64,000 bases of DNA from Nitrospirota bacterium. Lineage in GTDB: Bacteria > Nitrospirota > UBA9217. The translations under genes were made by a program, and so were the position numbers. Below, in pieces: positions 52,917-63,690 of this stretch; position 1 is the first letter of the stretch, and the number at the start of each line of letters is the position of its first letter. Location of the stretch: positions 2,290,907 through 2,354,906 of the forward strand of contig CAWFSF010000006.1 of the NCBI GenBank assembly GCA_963818475.1. The letters are read 5' to 3'. The notes beneath the pieces were generated by a model. That model was not told the origin of the DNA, did no database searches, and saw only the letters and a program-made list of their open reading frames with translations.

Positions 52917-54051
52917 CTACCCGAGTTTCCCGAAGGGACAGACCGGATACCTGCACACGTCGCACTTCATGCAGAGTCCGCCATGGCCGAGCGCAGCCAC
53001 CTCTTTTCTCCCTATCCGTTCCCCGGCAAGAACGCGGGGAAGGACCAGATCGAAGATCGTGGTCTTTGCATACATGCCGCAGGCGGGAATGCCGAGGATC
53101 GGAATTTCGGAATTCGGATTGCGGATTGCGGATTTCGGATTTCAGCATTACGCATTCCGCATTCCGCATTCTCAAGATACGCGACTAGAAACATTGCCCC
53201 CGGCAAGCACTGCTGAACCGTAGGTGATGTCGCCAGCGCCCAGTTCCCGGATCGCGAACCGTGTCACGTCGTCGGGATCCACGGACATGCCGCCCGTGGT
53301 GATCAGCAGATCGGCTCCTGCCTTCAGCAGTTCCCGCAGCCTGTCCACGATGAATGCCTTGTCGTCCGGCGCATAATAGATGCCCGACAAGCTCCCCGCC
53401 GATTTCTTCGATCTTCTTCGTGATGACCGGCGCGAAGGCGTCCTTGATCCTGCCGTGGTAGACTTCATTGCCGGTGATCACGACGCCGACTTTCGGCTTT
53501 CTTATCTCCTTCACCTGGATGATCGACTCGTGCTTTGTCGACCGCTATCGCAACCGCTGCCTGAACAACATCTTTTCTTCACCACCAGCGGGATCGCCCG
53601 TCGTCCCCGCGACCGTCTGTCCTTTTTTCACGACCGTATTGTCGTGAAGCGTTGCGCACATGACCTCGCCGAGCATGTTGAACTCCAGGAGCGCGTCGCG
53701 GTCGATCTTCAGCAGCCCGTCCCGCTCGGCAATGATGTTGATCTTGCCTTCCTTCGGCTCGCCCTTGATCGCAACACCTCCACCCATAAGCGCCTTGGCG
53801 ATCGCGTAGGCCGCGTCGTTCTCGTGCATCTCGTCTTCGGCGACATGCAGCACGAAGAGATGCTCCTTGCCGAGCCGCTGAAGATGGCAGACATCCTCTT
53901 CCCGGATGACATGTCCTTTTTTAAAAGCCCGTCCCTTGAATTCGCCGGGCCGTATCTCGGTAATATCATGGGCAAGGACCGTGCCTACGGCCTGTTGACC
54001 GGTATCGCTTTCGTGCCAGATTCGTTGCCGTTCCTGAGCGTCGTCACACAT
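52917..54051 (-). CDS. Molybdopterin-binding (MoeA/CinA-like) protein; frameshifted, with an internal repeat insertion
   Basis: LAHDITEI..GEFKG, TGNEV, TGGMSVDPDD, PGAMFL, GIPACGMY, GHGGLC..C..C.YP.CPFGK. Confidence 0.78.
53098..53172. repeat. Heptamer repeat element inside the molybdopterin-binding gene
   Basis: GGAATTTCGGAATTCGGATTGCGGATTGCGGATTTCGGATT ... CATTACGCATTCCGCATTCCGCATT. Confidence 0.75.
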
Positions 54052-54409
54052 GGGAACCTCCCTTGAATATGCTCCTGAATCGTTTATCGACGATCTCTTG
54101 TATGCCTTTTTCCAGCGCTTCGTACTTTTTCAGAAATTTCCGCGCATCAGCCGTCAAGGCGGCGCCGCCGCCGTTCTTGCCGCCCGTCTGCCGATCGACC
54201 AGCTTCACGCCCAGCCGCTCTTCCATGGCCTTGATATGGCCCCATGCCTTGCGGAAGGAGATATCGACTTCCTGTGCCGCCTGGTTGATCGAACCGTGGG
54301 AATCTATGGCTTCCAGGAGAAAGCGCCTGCCCCGGCCGAAGACCGGCTCGCCTCCGACCTCGATCCAGATCTTTGACCTGATATCCAAACCGTTATGACT
54401 TTTCTGCAT
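54044..54409 (-). CDS. modE: ModE-like winged-helix regulator
   Basis: FGRGR..LLEAI..HGSINQAA..ISFRKAW, GGKNGGGA.LT. Confidence 0.8.
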   Translation of the reverse strand: MQKSHNGLDIRSKIWIEVGGEPVFGRGRRFLLEAIDSHGSINQAAQEVDISFRKAWGHIKAMEERLGVKLVDRQTGGKNGGGAALTADARKFLKKYEALEKGIQEIVDKRFRSIFKGGSHV

Positions 54410-54441
54410 AACGCACCGCCAATAAAAACCGCTTCCCTTCT

Positions 54442-55019
54442 TCACTGTTCATAGTAGCCGCCCTGAGCGCAGGCAACGCACAGGACCTTGCCGTCCCGAT
54501 AGACTTCCCTCATGTCCTGAACATGCTCGCCGCAGGAGTCGCACTGCACCCTGCGCATCGGCCTGCCCGGCATGTCCTCGGGCCGAAGCTTCACGGACAA
54601 CTTCCATCACTTCGAAAAGCTCTTCATCGGCCATGATCTTGTACGCTTCAAGCTGTGCGGCATATTTGTTCTCGATTTCCGGGAAATGCTCCTTTTGCCT
54701 TATCGCGGGAATCCTCCCGGGCGACGATCCGTATTGCCTTGCCTGTTTTGAGATTCAGGTACGTCGCCGCCATCTTGCCGTAGTCCATGAACTTCATGCT
54801 CCGCTTGCCGAGGCTGCAGCCGGTCACGGACTGGACCGCGTCGGTGGCGCACCGGTCCATCTCAACGAACACGATCAGGCTTTTCCTGTCCGCTCCCTTC
54901 GGGTCGCTGATGCCGATCTCCCGGAGTCCGAGCATGGACATGCGGACACCCAGCACCTGCCCCGCGCAGAGGTGGCCGTGGACCTTGACGGACTCCAGTA
55001 AGAGAGCTTCGAAATCCAT
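54442..55019 (-). CDS. FmdE family protein (frameshifted)
   Basis: [21 protein letters not shown]-terminal CDSCGE...CVAC. Confidence 0.78.
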
Positions 55020-55043
55020 GTATTCCGTCAGAAGCTTTCATTA

Positions 55044-55632
55044 TCATCTCCCGATCGCTTCAATGACCTGCCGTGTCGTCCGTGCCAGAGCTCTGAATAA
55101 CGGCGTCTCCGCGGCGTTCTCCATATCACGCGTAAATTGCGGCACCCATTTCATGAGATGTTCGTTCAGAAGTGTACCGGTCCTGTCCGGCTCGTTCCTT
55201 TCTGCCTGTGACCGACTGAGTCCGCTGAAGCAGAACAGCAAGAAAATTCAGTTCCACACCGATATGGTCCGGCATCACGTCATCCGTGTTGATCGTCAAT
55301 CCGGCCCCGGCATACAGCTCCCGAACCTGGTCCGCCGAATCCTGCATCATGAGTTTCTTCGGAGAAGTGTATACGGATTCCCAGGGAGGGCAAGGCAGCT
55401 TGTAAGGCCCGATAAAAAGACGGGTGTATTCCCACAACAGCTCTTCGAGCTCCGCCTCCGACGTCGTGTCGATGTCGTTGAGCGTTTTCTTCAGCTCGTC
55501 AAGAAAGAACGACGTTTCTCCGGAAAGCGCCGTTTTCCAGCTTTCCAGGGCTTCACGGGAAGGCTTGCAGAGATACATGCTGCTTAACAAAGAAAGCGCT
55601 TCCGATGGCGTTGTCATTTCCTCAATCATCAT
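55044..55632 (-). CDS. TorD/DmsD family chaperone (frameshifted)
   Basis: EYTRLFIGP, PPWESVY, PDHIGVEL, HLMKWVPQF. Confidence 0.85.
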
Positions 55633-55676
55633 GATCAATACGGGAGGGGCAGGATCGCTGCCCCTCCCGTCTCCTT

Positions 55677-56253
55677 CTATTTGTTTTCGGAAAACTTCAC
55701 CGATGGCCTGGTCAGCTTCGGATCGGCAAATCCCGGCAAACTTTCCTTCAACGGCCTCCGGTAAATGTCCGGCGGCGTCTTCTGCGCTTCGATATCGGAC
55801 ATCTTCCCGTGCCAGAGCGAATACCCGAGGCAGGTCCTGACGCACGCCGGGCGGCAGACCTTCCTTGAGCCGGTGGTAGCAGAGGTTGCATTTGTCCACC
55901 TTCTTTTTCGCGGCGTCGAACTGCGGAGCGCCGTAGGGACAGGCGGCCATGCAGCGCTTGCAGCCGATGCACTTCTTCTGGTCGTGCAAAACCACGCCGA
56001 ACTCCGGCTCCTTGGTGTACGCGCCGACCGGACACGCCTTGAGGCATGCCGGCTCTTCGCAGTGGTTGCAGGCCGTGGAAATATAGCGCACCTTGGCATT
56101 CGGATACTTGCCTTCCTCTTTGATGATCACCCGCCTGCGGCGGACGCCGATCGGGAGGTCGAACTCCTGCTTGCAGCCCGCCTCGCAGGCCCTGCATGCA
56201 ATGCAGTTGTTTTCATTATAGTACCAGCCTATTTGATTTGGATTTTTCGCCAT
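55677..56253 (-). CDS. 4Fe-4S dicluster electron-transfer subunit (PsrB/ArrB/DmsB-like; frameshifted)
   Basis: CIACRACEAGC, CNHCEEPACLKACP, CIGCKRCMAACP, KCNLC...PACVRTC. Confidence 0.88.
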
Positions 56254-56266
56254 TGTTATTTCCTCC

Positions 56267-58789
56267 CTATGCCTTCATGACCCGGACGCCGATTTCCTTG
56301 TGAACGGCCATGCCGGAGAATTTTTCGGCCTTGCCCGGCAGGAACTGTCCGTCGCCGGTTCCCGCTGCGGACCATTTATTTAACGTGTTCATCGATCCCC
56401 GTGCGATCTTGCCGAAGCCCCAATGCCCGTACCCGTGGTGCAGGGCCACGACCTCGGGATGGATCCGCTCGGAGACCTGCACGGTCCCCTTGGCCTTTGC
56501 AAAGGAAGACTCGATCCAGATGGCGTCCCCGTCCTTGAGACCGAGCTTTTCCGCCGTGGCCGAGTTCATGATGAGCGGGTTGTCGGGCTTCATTTCCATC
56601 AGATAATCGTTGTTGAAGGTCCGGGAATGGGTGTGCTCGTTCTGCTTGTAGTTCACGAGATGGAGCGGGAACTCCGCTGTCGGAGCGTCTTCGGGCGCGC
56701 TGTATTCAGGCAGGCCGCTGTGCTTGTTCTTCTTGAGGAATGCCGAGGTGAGCTCCAGCTTCCTGGTCGGCGTTTCGAAGCCCTTGCAGATCTTCTCGCC
56801 GATCTTAACGCCTACTGCCTTGGCTTTGCCGTCAGCTCCCGGCTTCTCCTTCACCACGCCGGTCTTTTCGTCGATGCTGCCGCCCTCCGGCATCTTGACC
56901 TCTTTCCGGAATTTCTCGTATTCCGTCTTGCCGGTCATCGCGAGCGTGGACTTTTTGTATGCCTCCCAGTTCTGTTCCTTGACATAAGGCGTCGGGTTGT
57001 ACTCGTCGGCATAATAGGCGTCATAGGTATTGTCCGCGGGAGAATATCCTTTTTTGTCCTTCATGCCCCATCTTCTTCATGACCGCCATCCAGAACTCGA
57101 CTTCGGTCAGGCCGTTGATCACGGACTTGACCACCGGCTTCCTGAGTCCCAGGACCGGCCAGGTAACCCAATAGCCCGGTGAAGTCATACCGTTCGAGGT
57201 AGACCGAGCCGGGGATCACGATGTCCGCCAGTTCCGCGGTCTCGCTCATGTGCGTGTCGTTCACGACCACGTACTCGAGCTTCTTCATGAAGTCGATGAT
57301 TCTTCTTCGTATTCGGCACGGACATGACGAAGTTCTGGTACACGAACACACCCGCCTTCGGCACGCCGGAGCCCGGTGTCGATTCCTTGCCCGCCAGCAC
57401 CACGTCCCTGGTCTCGACATAGATGCCCGAGCCGTGGCCCGAGAATGTATTTGGTTCCCTTGCCGTCCACACGCGGTTTTTTCAACGAAGGAAGATCGAC
57501 ATCGAGCGCGTGATAGGCATTTCCTTTCTTACTCGGCACCATCATCGTGCCGGGCTTGTCGATCATCCCGAGCAGCGCCGGCAGGACGGTAATGGCATAT
57601 CCGCCGAGCGTGGCGTTCGTGTGGTGGCCCGGTCCGCTCCAGGTGTCGATGACCACCCCTTTCCCGGCCTTCGCCGTCTCGCCGATCTCCGTGGCGATCT
57701 GTTCTATCGTGGCAGCCGGGTACGCTGCTGATCTTCTCCGCCCATTCGGGCGTCTTGTCCGCGACATACGCTGCGTATTCGTCGAACCCGACGTCCACTC
57801 GTCGATAAAGGGTTTGTTGACAAGGTTCTTCTTGATCAGCACGTGGCCGATGGCCAGCGCCATGGCTCCGTCCGTTCCCGGACGGATCGGCACCCACTGG
57901 TCCGCCTTGGCCGCCGTCTGGCTGCTGAAGGGGTCAACATAGACCATCTTCGCGCCCTTGGCCCTGCCCCGGTTCCAGATGCCGGGCAGATGGGTCCATT
58001 TGGTCGCGCCGAGCAGGTTCCAGCCGAACACCAGGGCATAGGACGTGTCTTCAAAATCCGCAAGCGGACGCTCGTCTCCCATGGAAAGCTTGAATGATGC
58101 CTTGCGCGCAACATCGCAAAGATTGGCGTGGTTATGGTAGTTCGGCGTGCCGAACATTTTGCAGAAGTCCTGCTGGATGTGTGTGAAACAATGGTCTTCG
58201 CTGAACCATGCGAGGCTTTCGGCGCCGTGCTTGTCCTTGATCTTCTGCAGGTTCTCTGCAACCTGCGTCACTGCCTTATCCCAGGAAATTGCCTTCCACT
58301 TGCCGCTGCCCCGCTCACCGACCCGCACCATGGGCGTCTTGAGCCGGTCCGGATCGTACAGGTTCCGAAGCCCTGCATTTCCCTTGGAACAGAGCCTGCC
58401 GGCCGCATCCTTATCATTATAAAGCGCCGCCGAGGTCTGCAACCACTTTATCGTAGTTTGTCGAGATATTCGCGATATTGTTCGGGATTGGCGATGCCCT
58501 CGATCTTCACGGCCCGGCCATTCACGACCTTGACCTTGATACCGGACTGGCCGCCGCACATGTTGCAGTTGCTGTAGATCCATTCCCCGTCCTTCAGGCT
58601 TTTCTCCTGCGCACTCGCTTCCCTGAACAGTCCGAGTTGACCATCCCAGAGAAGCCCGCTGGCGACGGCCGCGCCGGCGAGGGCCGACGACCATTTGAGG
58701 AACGACCGCCTGGTGAACTCTTTGCCCGTAACTTCCTTGAACAGATTTTCCTCGTCTTTTGTGATAGTCCTATCCTCGCTCATCGACAT
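56267..58789 (-). CDS. Tat-exported molybdopterin oxidoreductase catalytic subunit (PsrA/PhsA/ArrA superfamily; several frameshifts)
   Basis: TRRSFLK Tat motif, CNMCGG...LCSKG, YDPDRLKTP, GTPNYHNHANLCDVARK, IRPGTDGA, HTHSRT, HHGYGHW. Confidence 0.85.
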
Positions 58790-58795
58790 CCTCCT

Positions 58796-59152
58796 TTACT
58801 GGACGAACAATTCTTTTGCGCCTTTTACGCCGCCGCTATGGCACCCGGAACAAATCTGGGGATCGACCTGCTTCCGGAGTGCCGCCCCGGAGCCATTCCT
58901 GAGATCAACGGACTGATGACAGTCAACGCAGTTCTTCGGCGTATCTTTTTTTGATTCCAGGTGCACCCTGTGGAACGTCTTGTACTTTTTATTCAGCGGA
59001 ACTTCCTTCAAAATCCCCGCATGGCACGCGAGGCACTCCTTTTTGGCCATCTTTCCTGCGTTCTTATGCAGTTCGACAAGATTCTTCTCGGCAGCTCCCG
59101 CTGCAGCAGCGGAGAGCAGAAGCGCCAAACAGCCGATCACCAGATTCTTCAT
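58796..59152 (-). CDS. Small periplasmic triheme c-type cytochrome
   Basis: Sec-pathway signal peptide; CLACH, CVDCH, CSGCH. Confidence 0.85.
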   Translation of the reverse strand: MKNLVIGCLALLLSAAAAGAAEKNLVELHKNAGKMAKKECLACHAGILKEVPLNKKYKTFHRVHLESKKDTPKNCVDCHQSVDLRNGSGAALRKQVDPQICSGCHSGGVKGAKELFVQ

Positions 59153-59165
59153 AACAAGCCTCCTC

Positions 59166-59333
59166 TCAGGAATTACTTTTAGCAGGTTGATCCTCTTTTG
59201 CCGCGAGCGACTTTTTGAATCCTCCGATTGCCTCGCCCAGACCCTTACCCAGCCCCGGCAGCCGCGACGGCCCGAAGAGCACAAGAACGATCACGAGAAT
59301 AATCACTATTTCAGGCATTCCCAATCCGAACAT
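59166..59333 (-). CDS. tatA: Twin-arginine translocase TatA (missed by the ORF track)
   Basis: MFGLGMPEIVIILVIVLVLFGPSRLPGLGKGLGEAIGGFKK; RBS GGAGG. Confidence 0.9.
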   Translation of the reverse strand: MFGLGMPEIVIILVIVLVLFGPSRLPGLGKGLGEAIGGFKKSLAAKEDQPAKSNS

Positions 59334-59367
59334 GGTTCACCTCCATTCCGCAACGTATGATTTTTTC

Positions 59368-59688
59368 TTAATGTCGGGGATTTTTGCTGACCCTATCCAT
59401 TGCCTCTATCACGGCATTTTCAACCATGATCAAGGGAGATCCGATTTCGCCGCCTCTGCCCGTTTCCACGTAGTAATGGGGAGGTAGATAATTGAGGGCC
59501 AGAGCGATGATGTCGTTCAGACAGCGTTGACATTTGCAGATGCGGTACCGGTTGTCATGGAAGAAGTTGTTCAGAGCGGTCAGAACGCTCTCGTAATTAG
59601 CATTCCTGACGGAACAGTTTGCCAATTGTTCGCGGTTCCACGCCACCATCGACTTAGGAACATTCTCGGTAATAGAGTTAGAACGCAC
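59368..59688 (-). CDS. ComFB (late competence development) family protein; start uncertain
   Basis: VRNANYE..V, CKCQRCLNDIIALALNYLPPHY, VSKNPRH. Confidence 0.8.
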   Translation of the reverse strand: MRSNSITENVPKSMVAWNREQLANCSVRNANYESVLTALNNFFHDNRYRICKCQRCLNDIIALALNYLPPHYYVETGRGGEIGSPLIMVENAVIEAMDRVSKNPRH

Positions 59689-59699
59689 GCGTGTAGTAT

Positions 59700-59863
59700 T
59701 ACAAAAAACGTACCATTTCCAAATATCTGAACTTTAAGGATTATGAAAAAGAGGATGTTTCGACGTCGGAACAATAAATAGCAAAAAAAGTGGATAACAG
59801 ACGGAATTCGTTCGAAGTTTAAAAGAAAACGGGGTTACAGGAAGGTGTTACGGTTTCGTAACA
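59700..59863 (-). promoter_or_regulatory. Putative sigma54 promoter and upstream activator palindrome for the reductase operon
   Basis: Minus strand TGGTACGTTTTTTGTA (59700-59715, GT at -12); palindrome TGTTAC-N6-GTAACA at 59846-59863. Confidence 0.5.
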
Positions 59864-59934
59864 GTTTTTGATCTCGGCAGGAAAGAAAGTTTGGTGGACG
59901 TTGGAGCAAATAGGTGGTTTACGAGAATTATGAC

Positions 59935-61275
59935 TTAAGTCCGTATGCCGTTCATCTTTTCCCACAGGGTTTTCCGGCTGATGCCGAGCATTTCTGCTGC
60001 TTTTGTTTTGTTTCCCTGGGCGATCGCCAGGATTCGGATGATATGTTCTTTCTCTGCCCCGGCTGCAACTCCGCACAGCGTCACAGGACTCCACTGCTTT
60101 CCAGCTTTCCGGAAAACGACGGGAGGAAGGTCGTCTTTCTCTATGACATCGGAGCCAGCCAGCGTAGCGCCCCGTTCCACAATGTTTTCCAGCTCTCTGA
60201 CATTGCCCAGGATAGTCGTACTGCATAAGCGCCGTCATGGCATCCTTCGAGAAACGCACGGTCTTTGCGGTCCTGTTCCGGCATTTGCCCAGAGCGAAAT
60301 CCACGAGCGCGGGGATGTCCTCTCTGCGTTCCCGGAGCGGCGGGATCACGACGGGAATCACATTCAGGCGGTAGTACAGGTCTTCCCGGAAGCGACCGGC
60401 CTTTACTTCTTCTTCAAGATTTCTATTGGTCGCCGTGAGAACCCTCACGTCTATTTTTAATGTCTCAGTTCCGCCCACTCGCTCGAACGTCTTCTCCTGG
60501 ATCACCCGAAGAAGTCTTGTCTGTGTGGAAAGCGGCATGTCCCCTATCTCATCGAGAAAGATCGTGCCTCCGTTCGCCAGCTCGAACCTGCCCGGTTTTC
60601 TTCTGACCGCGCCGGTGAACGCGCCCTTTTCATGGCCGAAGAGCTCGCTCTCGATCAGGGTCTCCGGCAGGGCCGCGCAGTTGATCTTGATGAGCGGCTT
60701 GTCCTTCTCGCCTGCTCTGATAATGAATGGTCGTCGCGATCAGCTCCTTGCCGGTCCCGCTCTCGCCGAGGATCAAGACCGTCGAATCCGAGGCCGCAAC
60801 CTTCTCGATCAGTGGAAAAGACCTTCTTCATGGCCGCGCTTTCACCGATGATGTTCGGAAAGCAGAAATACCGGTTGATGTCCTTTCGCAGCCGGATGTT
60901 GTCTTCCCGGAGCCTCTTCATTTCCAAGGCCCGTTCGATCAGCATCCGGAACTCGTCCAGGGAAAAAGGTTTTGTAATGTAGTCGAACGCGCCGAGCTTC
61001 ATCGCCTCGACCGCATCTTTGATCGTACCGAAGGCCGTCATGACGATCACGGGCACGTCGCTCGATGCTGCGATCTCTCTGAGGATCTCGATCCCGTTCT
61101 TATCGGGAAGGCGAATATCCGTCACCACCACGTCGCAGGCGCGTTCCTTGAATGCGGCAAGACCGTCCGCGCCGTTCTCGCAGGCGATGACACTGTAACC
61201 CGATGCTTTGAGCGAGTCCTCAATGGTCACGCGCATCAATTTTTCGTCTTCAATGACAAGGATCGTTTCCTTCAT
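59935..61275 (-). CDS. Sigma54-dependent response regulator (frameshifted)
   Basis: Receiver ILVIEDE, GAFTGA (in an alternate frame), [34 protein letters not shown]. Confidence 0.85.
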
Positions 61276-61279
61276 CTTC

Positions 61280-62768
61280 ACTTCACCCTCTCGCCGCCAG
61301 CGGGAAAGCTCATGGTAAATCTGCTGCCCTTGCCCCACATCGCTCTCCACGGTGATCTCGCCGTTATAGTTTTTCATGATTCCGTAGGTGAGCCACAAAC
61401 CGAGGCCGGTCCCCTCCCCGGTCGGCTTTGTGGTAAAGAAAGGATCGAATATCCTGCCGACATTCTCCGGCGCTATGCCGGTCCCCGTATCGATGATATC
61501 GATCTTGACCGCGCCGTTATCCTGGTCGCCCGCTGATTCTGAGATGACCTCCGTTACTGCATCGCGTGAACCGCGTTGATCATAAGGTTCAGGAGCATCT
61601 GCTGAAAATCGTGAAGATCCACGATGACGTGCAGGTCGTCCGGTACGTCATTGACGAATGTAATGTTGTTCTTCTGGATCTTGTACTCCACAAAATGATA
61701 GACGCCGTCCACGGCGTTCCGGACATTGACGTCAACAGGCGCATGCTCGGACTTCCGGGACATCCAGAGCAGTTTGCTCACCGTCGTTTCTATCTTGTCG
61801 AGGCCCTCTTTTACCAGGGCAAGGTATCGCTCCCGGAACTCGGGGTCGTCCCGCTCTGCTTCAGCATCTCAACGCAGTTGAAGAGACCGCCAAGGGGATT
61901 ATTGATCTCGTGAGCCACGCCGGAGGCAAGAATGCCTATGGATGCCAGTTTCTCGGACTGGATCATCTTCTCGTTGGCTTTCCGAAGGTCTTCATTGGCC
62001 TGCCGTATGCGCTCGATCATGCTGTTGAAGCGTTCCCCCAGCACGGCCAGTTCGTCATGGCCCTTCACGTCGACCTTGACGTCCAGGTAATCGCCGCGCG
62101 CCTTCTCCATGGTGCTCGCGAGCTGCGTAATGGGATTGATGAATCTCCGGCTGAGCAGCAGAATGACGGCAAAGCCGACGGCTACAAGAATCAGCGTCAG
62201 CAGGACGATCTTGCCGATCGTGGTAATGATCTCATGTTCAGCCTGTTCAAGGGAAACGCCGATCTTGAGCGTGCCCCATCGCTTCTTGCCGATGGATAGA
62301 GGGACGCCGATGTCAAGTGCCGCATGTCCCTTGCTGGCAAAATCGCTGAATGATCGTGTTTTCCGCCGCACGCGACTTTGCGGTCAGAGGATCGGAATAG
62401 ACCTTGCCGTATTCCGTGATGTCATTATGGGAGATCACCCTGCCGTCCTCGTCGATGATCACCAGATAGAGAAGGTCCAGGTCCCGGCGGTTGAATATCT
62501 CCATGATGTAGTTGTCGAGGAGTCCGCCTTCCTCGACCAGTCCGAGCCGCTCGTAGATGAGATCGTTCAGGATGGGGATGGCAAGCGTCTCGCCGAGCAG
62601 CTTGCCCTGCCGTTCGACATCGCTGTACAGGATGGATTTCTCCCGCTGGACGGAAACATAGCCGATCACGCCCATCAGGACGATAATGGCCGAGGTGGTG
62701 ATCAGGATGAATTTCGATTGCAGCCGCAATCCGTCAAATGTGTTCCAGATTCTTTTCATACTCTTCAA
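61280..62768 (-). CDS. HAMP-domain sensor histidine kinase (frameshifted; end approximate)
   Basis: TM-periplasmic-TM-HAMP, SEKLASIG..GVAHEINNPLGG, NAVHA, PFFTTK..GTGLGL. Confidence 0.82.
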
Positions 62769-62769
62769 C

Positions 62770-63690
62770 TCACAGTTGTATCTTTGGATGGCACCCCAAC
62801 CCGCAGGTTCGGGGCACGGCGTTTATCTTGGAACGTATGTCCGCGTAATCGGCATCAGAAGCGTCCGTAAAGCCGCTCTTCAGGTCGTCATCAAGCCTTT
62901 GCAGCATCTTCTTATGGTCCGGGTCGTCGGGATTCAGGGCCAGCAGCGCCCGCTTGATGTTCTCGATCACTGCATACGGCGTCCCCGGACCGGCCACGAG
63001 CGGTCCGGTTGGTATCGGCTCCGATTCTGCGATGATTTCGATGCCGAGCTTGCTGTATTTTCTCGCCACCGAATCCCGTACCGCTCCTGCATCCTGTTGT
63101 CCCTTCAGAACCGCCTTGACAACAGAATCGTGATAGTCAAAGTTGGCATAGCGGCCGAGATCGCTCAGGTGCAGTCCGGAGTTCGCCAGGAGATATCGGG
63201 GAATCAGGTTCCCGGATGTGGATTTGGAAGCGGAAAACGCAACACTCTTGCCCTTCAATTCGGAGAGTTGTTTGAGCGCAGACCCCTTTTTTGTGATGAT
63301 CACGCTCCGGTACCGCGAGTCCCCGTTCGCGCCTTTCGGTTTCAGGATGCTTACGGCGCCGTACTTCGCACGGGCCTCAAGGTAGGTCAACGGTCCGAGC
63401 AGAGCCACATCCATATCACCGCTTCCCAGCGCATTGACCGTATCCTCGTAATTCTTCTTCAGCACCAACTCATACGTGTACGGGGTCTTGGCAGCGAGGT
63501 AATCGAGGAGCGGTTGATATTTTTCAAAGAGAATGCGTGGATTATCCCTCGGTATCAGGACGAGTGGCGTTGGCTTCCCGTCCTCCAGCACCTGGATATT
63601 GGCGGCTGTATAAGCGCCGAAAGCTTCGGGAACATTCTCCACTGGTTCCGGAGTTAGGCGTTTCAGGTAGCAGGGATTAGTTTCCATCAA
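62770..63690 (-). CDS. PhnD/AioX-like periplasmic oxyanion-binding protein; N-terminus anomalous
   Basis: IPRDNP, YRSVII, STSGNLIP, HDSVVKAV, DAGAV; no signal peptide; C-terminal CGLGCH. Confidence 0.78.
   Translation of the reverse strand: MMETNPCYLKRLTPEPVENVPEAFGAYTAANIQVLEDGKPTPLVLIPRDNPRILFEKYQPLLDYLAAKTPYTYELVLKKNYEDTVNALGSGDMDVALLGPLTYLEARAKYGAVSILKPKGANGDSRYRSVIITKKGSALKQLSELKGKSVAFSASKSTSGNLIPRYLLANSGLHLSDLGRYANFDYHDSVVKAVLKGQQDAGAVRDSVARKYSKLGIEIIAESEPIPTGPLVAGPGTPYAVIENIKRALLALNPDDPDHKKMLQRLDDDLKSGFTDASDADYADIRSKINAVPRTCGLGCHPKIQL

Noticed and set aside
55126-56253. Fe-S subunit-TorD fusion
   Set aside because: The fourth cluster motif (PACVRTC) and a stop at 55677 are in another frame, so the apparent fusion results from a frameshift.
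56267-58789. Firm assignment as arrA or arxA
   Set aside because: The active-site motif differs from ArrA/ArxA consensus as I recall it, and the substrate cannot be fixed without phylogeny.
3605-62768. Widespread pseudogenisation or programmed frameshifting (nuoN, M, L, J, I, H, G, reductase, regulators and others)
   Set aside because: Single-base indels are scattered across many unrelated genes whose motifs remain intact and which lack in-frame nonsense decay. This is typical of unpolished long-read errors.
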